Shown here piece after piece: positions 47,407 through 56,071 of a stretch of 56,769 nt of DNA (position 1 is the stretch's first letter; each line of letters opens with the position of its first letter). A model generated the notes under the pieces. The model was given only the letters and a program-made list of their open reading frames with translations, was not told the DNA's origin and did not search any database. The translations under genes and the position numbers were made by a program. The DNA is taken from the NCBI RefSeq assembly GCF_030693805.1, contig NZ_JAUXZW010000179.1:1-56769 (forward strand). The letters are read 5' to 3'. Source of the stretch: Phenylobacterium sp. (GTDB taxonomy: Bacteria > Pseudomonadota > Alphaproteobacteria > Caulobacterales > Caulobacteraceae).

Positions 47407-48098
47407 GGCCGCGCCTTGCGCAGGGCCTCGGCGACCACGGGAGCGAGCCGCTCGGCGATCAACCGCACGCCCTGCGGGTTCGGATGGATGCCGTCGTCCT
47501 GGTTGAAGCGATGGTCCAGCGCCACGCCGTCCAGCAGGAAGGGATACAGGGCGATCTTGCGGGTCTTCGCCACCTCCACGAACACCTTATCGAAGTCGGC
47601 TGCGTAGCCACCGTACTGCGGGGGCGCCCGCATGCCGGCCAACACCACGCCGACGCCGCGGGCCTGCAGCTTGCCGACGATGGCGTCGAGGTTGGCGCGC
47701 ACCTGCGACGGCGCGACACCCTGCAGCATGTCGTTGCCGCCCAGCGCCACGACGCAGACCGCGCTGTCGTCCTGGACGCTGAAGTCGACCCGCGCCAGCC
47801 CGCCCGCCGTGGTGTCTCCCGAGACGCCGGCACCACGCACCTGAACGTTGACCCCCTCGCCGGCCAACGCCGCCTCGAGCTGAGCCGGCAGGGCGTCGGC
47901 CGCGGCCAGGCCATAGCCGGCGGTGATCGAATCTCCCAACACGGTCACCACCGGCGCGGCGGGCGCGACAGGTGGCGACGGCGCGGCCGCGGCGTCCACA
48001 GGCTCGCTCTTTCCCGCTGGTCCGCAGGCGGCGAGCAAAGCCGCCGCGGCTCCGATCAGGACGGCGCGGCGGGCGAAATGAGGTTCGGATGCGTTCAT
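47403..48098 (-). CDS. tesA: Arylesterase/thioesterase I (SGNH/GDSL), putative lipoprotein
   Basis: GDSITAGYG, GVSGDTT, LGGND and DGIHPN motifs. Divergent from ybbA-like and ybbP-like genes. Confidence 0.88.
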   Translation of the reverse strand: MNASEPHFARRAVLIGAAAALLAACGPAGKSEPVDAAAAPSPPVAPAAPVVTVLGDSITAGYGLAAADALPAQLEAALAGEGVNVQVRGAGVSGDTTAGGLARVDFSVQDDSAVCVVALGGNDMLQGVAPSQVRANLDAIVGKLQARGVGVVLAGMRAPPQYGGYAADFDKVFVEVAKTRKIALYPFLLDGVALDHRFNQDDGIHPNPQGVRLIAERLAPVVAEALRKARP

Positions 48099-48165
48099 GG
48101 GGTCGGCGACCTATATAGGGCGCACCCCCGCCGTCTCAATCATACGCCGCGACCGGAGTCGTCGA

Positions 48166-48858
48166 ATGGCCGCCGCCCCCCTGGTTCTCCAGGACGTGAC
48201 CCTGACCCTGCCGTCCAGCGCCGGACCTGTGGCGATCCTTCGCGGCGTCGACCTCACCGTGGCAGCGGGCGAGGCCTTGGCGGTGGTCGGGCCGTCGGGC
48301 TCGGGCAAGTCCTCGCTGATCTCAGTGGCCGCGGGATTGGAGACGCCGAGCGGCGGGCGCGTCCTGCTGTTCGACACGGATCTGGCGCGCCTCGACGAGG
48401 ACGGCCGCGCCCGGCTTCGGCGCGGCCGCGCTGCGCTGGTGTTCCAGAGCTTTCACCTGCTGCCCAACATGACCGCCGAGGAGAATGTCGCGGCTCCGCT
48501 GGAGCTGGCCCGACGGCGCGGCGCGGGCGGCGAGGCGCGGCTCTGGATGGAGCGTCTGGGCCTGGGCGCTCGCCTCGGCCACTATCCGCATCAGCTTTCC
48601 GGCGGGGAGCAGCAGCGCGTGGCGCTGGCCCGGGCGTTGGCCGTCCGTCCTGTCCTGCTGTTCGCCGACGAACCCACCGGCAACCTGGACAGCGAGAACG
48701 GCGCCATGGTCGCCGACCTGCTGTTCGACCTGGTGCGCGAGGCGGGCGCGGCGCTGGTGCTGGTGACCCATGACGAGCGGCTGGCGGCGCGCGCCGACCG
48801 CACCGTGCGCATGCAGGCCGGCCGTATCGACATGTCGCTCGCGAGGGCCGCCGAGTGA
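48166..48858 (+). CDS. ybbA: ABC transporter ATP-binding protein (YbbA-like)
   Basis: GPSGSGKS, LSGGEQQRVA, FADEPTGNLD and VTHD motifs. Confidence 0.9.
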   Translation: MAAAPLVLQDVTLTLPSSAGPVAILRGVDLTVAAGEALAVVGPSGSGKSSLISVAAGLETPSGGRVLLFDTDLARLDEDGRARLRRGRAALVFQSFHLLPNMTAEENVAAPLELARRRGAGGEARLWMERLGLGARLGHYPHQLSGGEQQRVALARALAVRPVLLFADEPTGNLDSENGAMVADLLFDLVREAGAALVLVTHDERLAARADRTVRMQAGRIDMSLARAAE

Positions 48859-51362
48859 GCCTTGCCCTGCGTTTCGCCTGGCGCGAGCTGCGGTCCGGCG
48901 TCGCGGGCTTCCGCATCTTCCTCGCGTGCCTGGCCCTCGGCGTGGCGGCGATCGCCGCCGCCGGCTCCACCGCCGAGGCGTTCCGTCAGGGCCTCGCCAG
49001 CCAGTCTCGGGAGATCCTCGGCGGCGACGTGGTGTTCAGCGTCCAGCAGCGCCGGTTCAGCCCGCGCGAACGCGCCGCCTTCGACCGCCTGGGCCCGACC
49101 GCCTACGCCGTGCGCGCCAACGCCATGGCCGAGACCGCCTCGGGCGCACGGCGGCTGATCGACCTGCGCGGCGTCGGCGCGGGTTACCCCCTGCTCGGGC
49201 GCGTGGAGCTGCAGGGCGCGCCCGATCTCGCCGCCGCGCTGCTTTCGAAGGACGGGGCGTTCGGGGCGGCTGCGGAGCCGGCGCTGCTGGAGCGCATGGG
49301 GCTGAGGACCGGCGACCGGTTCAGCGTCGGCCCGGCGACCTTCGTGATCCGCGCCGTCCTGGTTTCAGAGCCCGACCGACTGGGACGAGGCTTCGCGCTC
49401 GGGCCTCGCGTGCTCACCCGCGTCGAGGCTGTCGAAAAGGCCGGCCAGCTGGCGCCGGGCGGTCTGTTCGGCGAGGCGGTGCGCGTCGCCTTGCCGGCAA
49501 GCGCCGATCCCAAGGCTGTCATCGCCGCGGTCCGCAAAACCCTGCCCAAGGCGACCTTCGAGGCCCGCGACCGTTCGCAGGCGGCGGCCGGCGCCGGGAG
49601 GCTGATCGACCGGCTGGAGTACTTCCTGGGCTTCATCGGCCTGGCTTCGCTGGCGGCAGGCGGCCTTGGCGTGGCGGGCGCGGTGTCCGCCTACCTCGAA
49701 GGACGCAAACCCTCGATTGCGACGCTCAAGGCGCTAGGCGGCGAGGGCGCGCTGATCCGCAATATCTACCTGATCCAGATCGGCGTGCTGGCCATGCTCG
49801 GCATCGCCATCGGGCTGGCGATCGGCGCGGCGGCCCCCTTCGCCATCGGCGCGCTGGCTGGAGACTTGCCCGTGCCGGCCCTGTTCGCGGTCTATCCAGA
49901 ACCCCTGGTCAAGGCGGCGGTGTTCGGGGTGCTGGCCGCCGCCGCGTTTTCGCTGGCGCCGCTGGCCCGGGCGCGATTGACGCCGCCATCGGCGCTGTTC
50001 CGCCGTGAATTGAGCGGCCGGCTGAAGCTCGGGCCCGAGACCATCGGCGCGGCGCTCGCAGCATTGGGTCTCGCGGGCCTCGCGGTGATCACCGCGCCGA
50101 CGCGCATGGCCGCCGCTGGACTGATCGGCGGGGCGGCGGCGGCTTTCGCCCTGCTCTGGGCGCTGGGGCTCGGCGCGGCGTGGAGCGCCGGGCGACTGCG
50201 CCGGGCTGCGCGTGGGCCCGTGCGCCTGGGGCTCGCCAACCTCGCCGGACCAGGCTCGGCGGCGCGCACCGCCTCGCCCGCCATTGGCCTGGGCGTCGCC
50301 CTGCTGGCCGCCGTCGTGCTGATCCAATCGAGCCTGCTGGCCGAAGTCACCGAGATCGCCCCGCGCACCGCGCCGGCCCTGGTGTTCACCGAGATCCCCG
50401 GCGCCCAGGCCGCCGCCTTCGACGCGACGATCGCCGCCAACCTGGATCGCCCCGGCCCCGACCGCTATCTGCGTGCGCCGATGATCACTGGGCGCATCGT
50501 GCGGCTCAACGGCGCCCCGGTGGACCTGAAGCGCATCGCCCAGGGCGAGCGCTGGGCGTTCGACAACGACCTGACCATGTCGACCCTGGACGGCGCGCCC
50601 GAGCAAGGCGGCGTGAGCCAGGGCCGCTGGTGGCCGCAGGGCTATGCCGGGCCTCCGCTTGTGGCCCTGGAGCAGGACGCCGCCAAGGGCGCGGGCCTGA
50701 AGGTCGGCGACCAGATCACTGTCGCGGTGCTGGGCCGCGAGATCGACGCGCGGATCGCCGTGCTGCGCCGCATCGAGTGGGGCGGCTTCGGCTCCAACTT
50801 CGCGGTGACGCTGAACACAGGCGCGATCGCCGGCGCCAATCCGCGCAACATCGCCATCGCCAAGGCGACGCCCGCCCAGGAGGCGGCGGTCACCGGCGCG
50901 CTGGGCCGCGACTTTCCTCAGGTGAATGTGATCAGCGTGCGCGAACAGTTGCAGTCGGCGGCCGAACTGTTCGGCCGCGTCGCCCTGGCGATCCGCGCGG
51001 CGGCGGGGGTGGCGATCCTGGCCGGCCTGCTGGTGCTGGCCGGCGCGATCGCCGCCGGCGCGCGGGCCCGCGCCTGGGAGGCCGCCACCTTGAAGATCCT
51101 CGGCGGGTCCCGCGCCCAGGTGCTCAGCGCCTATCTGGTCGAATACGGCCTGGTGGGCGCAGTGGCCGGCGCGGCCGGTGTGGCGCTGGGCGCGGCGGCC
51201 GCCTGGCCCGTGGTCACCCAGGTGTTCAAGGCGAGCTGGAGCGTCGACTGGACAGGCGTGGTGGCGCTCCTTGCCGGGTCGGCCAGTGTCACGGCGATCG
51301 GCGGGCTGCTGGCGGCGGCCCACGCACTGGCCCAGCGTCCGGCTCCTGTGCTCCGCAATTGA
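48855..51362 (+). CDS. ybbP: FtsX-like ABC permease (YbbP-like)
   Basis: AWRELR, ILGGD, YPL.G and duplicated IATLKALG / AATLKILG permease halves. Length 835 aa. Confidence 0.88.
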   Translation: MSLALRFAWRELRSGVAGFRIFLACLALGVAAIAAAGSTAEAFRQGLASQSREILGGDVVFSVQQRRFSPRERAAFDRLGPTAYAVRANAMAETASGARRLIDLRGVGAGYPLLGRVELQGAPDLAAALLSKDGAFGAAAEPALLERMGLRTGDRFSVGPATFVIRAVLVSEPDRLGRGFALGPRVLTRVEAVEKAGQLAPGGLFGEAVRVALPASADPKAVIAAVRKTLPKATFEARDRSQAAAGAGRLIDRLEYFLGFIGLASLAAGGLGVAGAVSAYLEGRKPSIATLKALGGEGALIRNIYLIQIGVLAMLGIAIGLAIGAAAPFAIGALAGDLPVPALFAVYPEPLVKAAVFGVLAAAAFSLAPLARARLTPPSALFRRELSGRLKLGPETIGAALAALGLAGLAVITAPTRMAAAGLIGGAAAAFALLWALGLGAAWSAGRLRRAARGPVRLGLANLAGPGSAARTASPAIGLGVALLAAVVLIQSSLLAEVTEIAPRTAPALVFTEIPGAQAAAFDATIAANLDRPGPDRYLRAPMITGRIVRLNGAPVDLKRIAQGERWAFDNDLTMSTLDGAPEQGGVSQGRWWPQGYAGPPLVALEQDAAKGAGLKVGDQITVAVLGREIDARIAVLRRIEWGGFGSNFAVTLNTGAIAGANPRNIAIAKATPAQEAAVTGALGRDFPQVNVISVREQLQSAAELFGRVALAIRAAAGVAILAGLLVLAGAIAAGARARAWEAATLKILGGSRAQVLSAYLVEYGLVGAVAGAAGVALGAAAAWPVVTQVFKASWSVDWTGVVALLAGSASVTAIGGLLAAAHALAQRPAPVLRN

Positions 51363-51371
51363 GCCTGCACG

Positions 51372-51402
51372 AAAAAGCCCGACGCCGATGAGGCGCCGGG
51401 CT
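51372..51402 (-). terminator. Rho-independent terminator for the hydrolase gene
   Basis: The minus strand reads AGCCCGGCGCC-tcatc-GGCGTCGGGCT-TTTT (one G-U pair). Confidence 0.7.
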
Positions 51403-51428
51403 CTGTCTCGTCTATCGCGACGCCGTGC

Positions 51429-52532
51429 CTAGGCGGGCACGGACTCCAGCACCTTCAGGCCCTGCTCAAGGGTCTTCAGGTCGGTGTAGGCGCCGGGGTT
51501 GGGCTTCGGGAAGCCGCCCTTGGGTTCCTGGACATAGCGCGGGTCGATCGGACGGCGCAGCGACACGCCGGCTTCGACCGCGAGCGGCCAGCTCACCTTG
51601 CCGGTCTTGAAGAATTCCACCGCGACCTTGTTGAAGGTCTCGGGGCGGTCGGTCTGGCCCTGGTGTCCCGTCTGTTCCGGATAGAAGAACTGGATGTTGG
51701 GCACCGCGTCTTCCTGGGCGAAGCCGTTCTCGACCGGCAGCAGCACGTCCTGCATGCCGTAGAGATAGATCATCGGGATCGTCAGCTTGTCGAGGCGGCC
51801 CTTGGTCGAGAAGATCTGGGCCATGTTCGGATCGACTTCGCCGAAGGGGTTCCAGGTCCGGCCGGCGGCCTTGAGCGCCGCGCGCTGATTGTTGCCCGCG
51901 AGCGTGCGCATCTGCACCAGCTCAGGCCACACCGCGCCCTTGGCGTAGATGATGCCGTCCATCAGGTGCTGCATGCCTTCCGGCGTGCCGTCCCAGGGCT
52001 TCATCACATAGCCCGGGTTGGGCGTGAACTTGCCCTGCGCCGGCGGGATGCGCGGCACGTCGCAGATGTCGCCCAGGAAGCCAGCGATGAACATCACGCT
52101 CAACACCTTCTCGGGGTGCGTGACCACATAGTCGCAGCTGATCATGCAGCCGGCCGAATTGCCGCTGAGGTGGAACTTGTCGAGGCACAGGGCGTCGACG
52201 AACATGTTGAGGAAGTCCACCTGAGCCTTTTGATCGTGCGGCAGGTAGCGCTCGCTGCTGGTGTCCGACAGGCCGTAGCCCGGGCGGTCGGGGCAGTAGA
52301 CGCGGAAACCCGCGGCGGCCAGCACCGGGGCCATGAAGCGCCAGCCGGCGGTGCCGGAAGAGCCCTCGATGCCGCCATGCAGCAGCACGACCGCGGGACC
52401 GCTGTCGCCAGCGGTGACGTAGTGGGCCCTGCGACCGTCCGGCAGGCGGACCCACCGGCTCGCCAAGCCCGGGATATTGATGATGTTTTCGTCGGTCAGG
52501 CCGCGCGCGGGCGCAGCAGATTGTTCCGCCAT
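51429..52532 (-). CDS. Alpha/beta hydrolase resembling meta-cleavage product (C-C) hydrolases
   Basis: VLLHGG..G.SG...W, DRPGYG.SD, GNSAG nucleophile, G.QD and GH..Q motifs. GGAGG SD. Confidence 0.8.
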   Translation of the reverse strand: MAEQSAAPARGLTDENIINIPGLASRWVRLPDGRRAHYVTAGDSGPAVVLLHGGIEGSSGTAGWRFMAPVLAAAGFRVYCPDRPGYGLSDTSSERYLPHDQKAQVDFLNMFVDALCLDKFHLSGNSAGCMISCDYVVTHPEKVLSVMFIAGFLGDICDVPRIPPAQGKFTPNPGYVMKPWDGTPEGMQHLMDGIIYAKGAVWPELVQMRTLAGNNQRAALKAAGRTWNPFGEVDPNMAQIFSTKGRLDKLTIPMIYLYGMQDVLLPVENGFAQEDAVPNIQFFYPEQTGHQGQTDRPETFNKVAVEFFKTGKVSWPLAVEAGVSLRRPIDPRYVQEPKGGFPKPNPGAYTDLKTLEQGLKVLESVPA

Positions 52533-52722
52533 GTGAAGTCCTCCTGAAGGGTCGGCCCCGGTACAGGCCCGGGATCTTTGTGGATGTGGCGGCAATCTAG
52601 CGCCTCAGCCGCCTTTGGCTACGCCTGATTGAAGGCAAACGAAGAAAGCGATTTGTGGGGACGTCGCGATGACGTGAGAAGGGCTCGCGCGTCGTCGCAT
52701 ATGCTATGCGACCCCGAGGCTG

Positions 52723-52820
52723 ATGGATCACCTGATCTCACAGTACGGAGCGCTCGGCGTCTTCCTAAGCGCGGCGGTGGAGGGCCAGTCGGCGGTGGTG
52801 GCCGGCGGATTGCTGGCCTG
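52723..52820 (+). pseudogene. N-terminal remnant of a DedA family membrane protein
   Basis: MDHLISQYGALGVFLSAAVEGQSAVVAGGLLA matches a DedA N-terminal pattern (YG..F...EG), then degenerates. Confidence 0.6.
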
Positions 52821-52910
52821 TGGTGGGCGTCCTCGTGCGGATGGCCATGCGCCGGGCGAGGCCTCGCCAGGCAGGTTGAAATCGCGCCGAACGGCGCATC
52901 AGGAGGCCGC

Positions 52911-53855
52911 ATGACCGAACCGACCGCGCACGACGCCTGGCCGCCCCTGCCCTACGCCGAATGGCGGGAGACCTGCACCACGCTTCACCTGTGGAGTCAG
53001 ATCGTCGGCAAGGTCAGGCTCGCCCGCTCGCCGTGGCTGAACCATTCGTGGCAGACGCCGCTCTACGTCACCGCCCGCGGCCTCTCGACGGGGCTGGTCC
53101 CGCACGGCGCCCGCGCGCTCGACCTGGAGTTCGATTTCGTCGACGCCGTGCTACGGATCCGCACCGAGTTCTCGCAGACGGACGTGGCTCTGCGGCCTCG
53201 GTCGGTGGCGGCCTTCTACGCGCAGGTGATGGAGGCGCTCGACGCGCTCGGAACGCCGGTCGCCATCCACGGCGCGCCCAACGAGCTTCCTGAAGCGACG
53301 CCGTTCGCCCAGGACCATGCGGCCCGCGCCTTCGACGCCGATCAGGCGCGTCGTTTCCACCGCGTGTTGCTGCAGGCCGACCGCGTGCTGAAGCACTTCC
53401 GCACCGGCTTCCTCGGCAAGGCCAGCCCCGTGCACTTCTTCTGGGGCAGCTTCGACCTCGCGGCGACGCGGTTCTCCGGACGCAAGGCTCCGCCGCACCC
53501 TGGCGGCGTGCCGAACCTGCCGGACGCGGTGGCGCGCGAGGCCTATTCCCACGAAGTCAGCAGCGCCGGGTTCTGGCCCGGCGGGCCTGGCCAGGAAGCG
53601 GCCTTCTATGCCTACGCCTATCCCGAGCCGAGCGGCTTTCGCACAGCCAAGACGTCGCCGGCCGCAACGCGATACGACATCGGCCTGAGCGAGTTCATCC
53701 TGCCCTACGAAGCGGTGCGCACCGCCGCCGACCCAAACGCCGCGCTGATGGCGTTTCTGGAAAGCACCTACGCCGCCGCGGCCGACGCCGGGCAATGGGA
53801 CCGCGCTGCGCTGGAATGTGGCCTGGGCGAACCCGGGCGGCCCCGACCCGCCTGA
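52911..53855 (+). CDS. DUF5996-like conserved protein
   Basis: WPPLPY.EW..T..TLHLWSQIVGKVRL, NHSW, GKASPVHFFWGSFDLA, EAYSHEVSSAGFWPG and FYAYAYPEP. AGGAGG SD. Confidence 0.85.
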   Translation: MTEPTAHDAWPPLPYAEWRETCTTLHLWSQIVGKVRLARSPWLNHSWQTPLYVTARGLSTGLVPHGARALDLEFDFVDAVLRIRTEFSQTDVALRPRSVAAFYAQVMEALDALGTPVAIHGAPNELPEATPFAQDHAARAFDADQARRFHRVLLQADRVLKHFRTGFLGKASPVHFFWGSFDLAATRFSGRKAPPHPGGVPNLPDAVAREAYSHEVSSAGFWPGGPGQEAAFYAYAYPEPSGFRTAKTSPAATRYDIGLSEFILPYEAVRTAADPNAALMAFLESTYAAAADAGQWDRAALECGLGEPGRPRPA

Positions 53856-53863
53856 ATCCCGAG

Positions 53864-53901
53864 CAACAGGCGAAATCCCAGGCCGGGGATTTCGCCTGTT
53901 G
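53864..53901. terminator. 16-bp perfect hairpin after DUF5996 (terminator or REP-like)
   Basis: CAACAGGCGAAATCCC-aggccg-GGGATTTCGCCTGTTG. Confidence 0.65.
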
Positions 53902-54018
53902 GGCGACCTGCGCTTGCCTAGGCGGCCTGCTTGGTCGCCACATGTCAGCGGCGCGATATTTGCTCCGACGGAAGAGACGGGGCGCCGTCGAAGCAGTTTG
54001 GGACGCGGGGGCGTAGCC

Positions 54019-54966
54019 ATGGACGATGCCGCAATAGGAACCAGGCCCGTCGCGGAGGGTGGCCATGACCATCGCGGTCAATGGGTCGTAGTGCTCAGCG
54101 CCGCCGAGATCGCCGCCACGCTCGACGCCGACGGCCGCTTGGACGGCCTGCCGTTCATGCCGGAGATGGCGCGGTTCTGCGGCATGCGCCTGCGCATCCA
54201 TCGCCACGCCGAGAAGACCTGCGTCGAGGGCCTGGGCCTGCGGCGGATGGGCGGGACGGTGCTGCTGGAAGGCGCACGCTGCGACGGCGCGGCGCACGAC
54301 GGATGTGCACGCCGCTGCATGATGTTCTGGAAGGAAGCCTGGCTCAGGCCAGTCCACGCGGACGCGCCGACGCCGGTCGCCGGGCCCGAACAGCACTGGC
54401 CTGGCGAGTTGAAGACCCGCGACGGCGAACTCTATGTCTGCCAGTCCACCGCGCTGGGCGAGGCCACCGCCTCGATGTCCAAGTGGAGCCTGGGCCATTT
54501 GGCCACCGACCTGCGCCGGGGCGAGATCACGCCGCCGCGGTTGGCCAACGTGGTTTCGCGCACGCTGCTGAACCTGGCGCGCCGCAAGCTGGGCATGGAC
54601 GAGATCGACGCGGTCAAGGGTCCCGGCACCGAACGGCGCCGTGGCCGACTGAACCTGCAAGCCGGCGAATGGGTGCGGATCAAACCCGTCGAACAGATCC
54701 AGGCGACCCTCGACGCCAACGGCAAAAACCTCGGCCTCGCGTTCGAACCCGAGATGAAGCGCTACGCCGGCGGGGTGTTCCAGGTCGAGTTCCTGGTCGA
54801 TCGGATCATCCAGGAAGAGACCGGCGTGATGTCGCCGCTGACCCACACCGTCGCGCTGCGCGACCTCGTCTGCCAGGGCATCTGCGTCAAGAACTGCCCG
54901 CGCAGCAATCCGCTCTATTGGCGCGAGAGCTGGCTCGAGCGCGTCGAGGCGCCACATGCGGCTTGA
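54019..54966 (+). CDS. Hypothetical protein with two homologous Cys-motif domains
   Basis: The pattern G.WV....E.I.ATLD..G...GL.F.PEM...G...C..C..W.E.WL..V occurs twice. Confidence 0.8.
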   Translation: MDDAAIGTRPVAEGGHDHRGQWVVVLSAAEIAATLDADGRLDGLPFMPEMARFCGMRLRIHRHAEKTCVEGLGLRRMGGTVLLEGARCDGAAHDGCARRCMMFWKEAWLRPVHADAPTPVAGPEQHWPGELKTRDGELYVCQSTALGEATASMSKWSLGHLATDLRRGEITPPRLANVVSRTLLNLARRKLGMDEIDAVKGPGTERRRGRLNLQAGEWVRIKPVEQIQATLDANGKNLGLAFEPEMKRYAGGVFQVEFLVDRIIQEETGVMSPLTHTVALRDLVCQGICVKNCPRSNPLYWRESWLERVEAPHAA

Positions 54967-56071
54967 GCGCGCGACCGGCGCGGTGACGCGCATCGATATC
55001 GTCGCACCGCACGAGCTTTCCTCCGCCGACCTCGCGGCGTGGCGCGACCTGCAGAGCGCCTATCCGGAACTCGCGAGCCCGTTCCTGTCGCCCCAGTGGG
55101 TGCTGACCATGGCCTCGATCGACGGGCCGGACCGGCGCGGCGCTCGCATCGCAGTGCTGCGGCGCGGGGACGAGGCGGTCGGGTTCCTGCCGGTGCGCGT
55201 CACACGCTCCACCGCCATGCCGGTGGGCAGCCCGTTCTGCGACTACCAGGGCCTGGTGGCGGCGCCGGACCTGGCGGTGGACGCCCGCCGCATCGTCGCC
55301 GCGCTCGGCGTCTCACGGCTGGATCTGCACAATGCGCTCGGCGCGCAGACCGCCTTCGCCCGCCATCATCGCCTGCGGGAGGACTCCTGGGTCATCGATG
55401 TGGCGGCGGGCTATCCGGCGTTCGCCGCCGAGCGCCGCGCGGCGGGCACCGACATCCTGCAGGACTGCGCCAAGAAGCGCCGCAAGCTGCAGCGCGAGCA
55501 TGGCGAGGTGGTGTTTGCAGCCCGCTCCGTCGATCGGGCCGCCTTCGAACAGCTGTTCGACTGGAAGCGGGCGCAGCTGGTGGCCACGCACCAGACGGAC
55601 CTGTTCCAGACCCCATGGGCCCAGGAGCTGATGGAGGCCACCTTCGCCGCCGATGGCGCAGACTTCGGCGGGGCGTTGTTCACCTTGCACGCCGGCGGCC
55701 GGCTGGTGGCGGCGCAGTACGCGCTGCATGGGCGGGACGTGCTGCACTCGTGGATGATCAGTCACCACCCGGACTTCGGCCGCTATTCGCCCGGCCTGGT
55801 GCTGCTCGACGAGATGCTGCGATGGGCGCCGGAGGCCGGCTACCGCGAGATCGACCTGGGTCCGGGGGCTTACCGGTTCAAGGAGAGCTTCTCCAATGTC
55901 CGCCGCTCCATCGCCGAGGGCTATGTCGGCCTGCCGTCCGCCGCCACCCTGTTCCGGGCGGCCGAATATCTGGTCTGCCGGATGGCCGAGGCGCTGCCGC
56001 TCGGACCGATGTCGACCATGCCGGCCAGGGCGATGCGCCGGCTCGATCGCTTGCGTGGCCTCGTCGGCTAG
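54956..56071 (+). CDS. GNAT acetyltransferase, CelD/BcsL-like
   Basis: SPFLSPQW, DYQG, KKRRKL.RE.G, YSPGL.L and DLG.G.Y.FK motifs. Confidence 0.85.
   Translation: MRLERATGAVTRIDIVAPHELSSADLAAWRDLQSAYPELASPFLSPQWVLTMASIDGPDRRGARIAVLRRGDEAVGFLPVRVTRSTAMPVGSPFCDYQGLVAAPDLAVDARRIVAALGVSRLDLHNALGAQTAFARHHRLREDSWVIDVAAGYPAFAAERRAAGTDILQDCAKKRRKLQREHGEVVFAARSVDRAAFEQLFDWKRAQLVATHQTDLFQTPWAQELMEATFAADGADFGGALFTLHAGGRLVAAQYALHGRDVLHSWMISHHPDFGRYSPGLVLLDEMLRWAPEAGYREIDLGPGAYRFKESFSNVRRSIAEGYVGLPSAATLFRAAEYLVCRMAEALPLGPMSTMPARAMRRLDRLRGLVG

Noticed and set aside
51429-52532. Assigning bphD/mhpC to the hydrolase
   Set aside because: It has GNSAG rather than GNSMGG, an extended C-terminus, and no adjacent meta-cleavage genes, so only a family-level resemblance is supportable.
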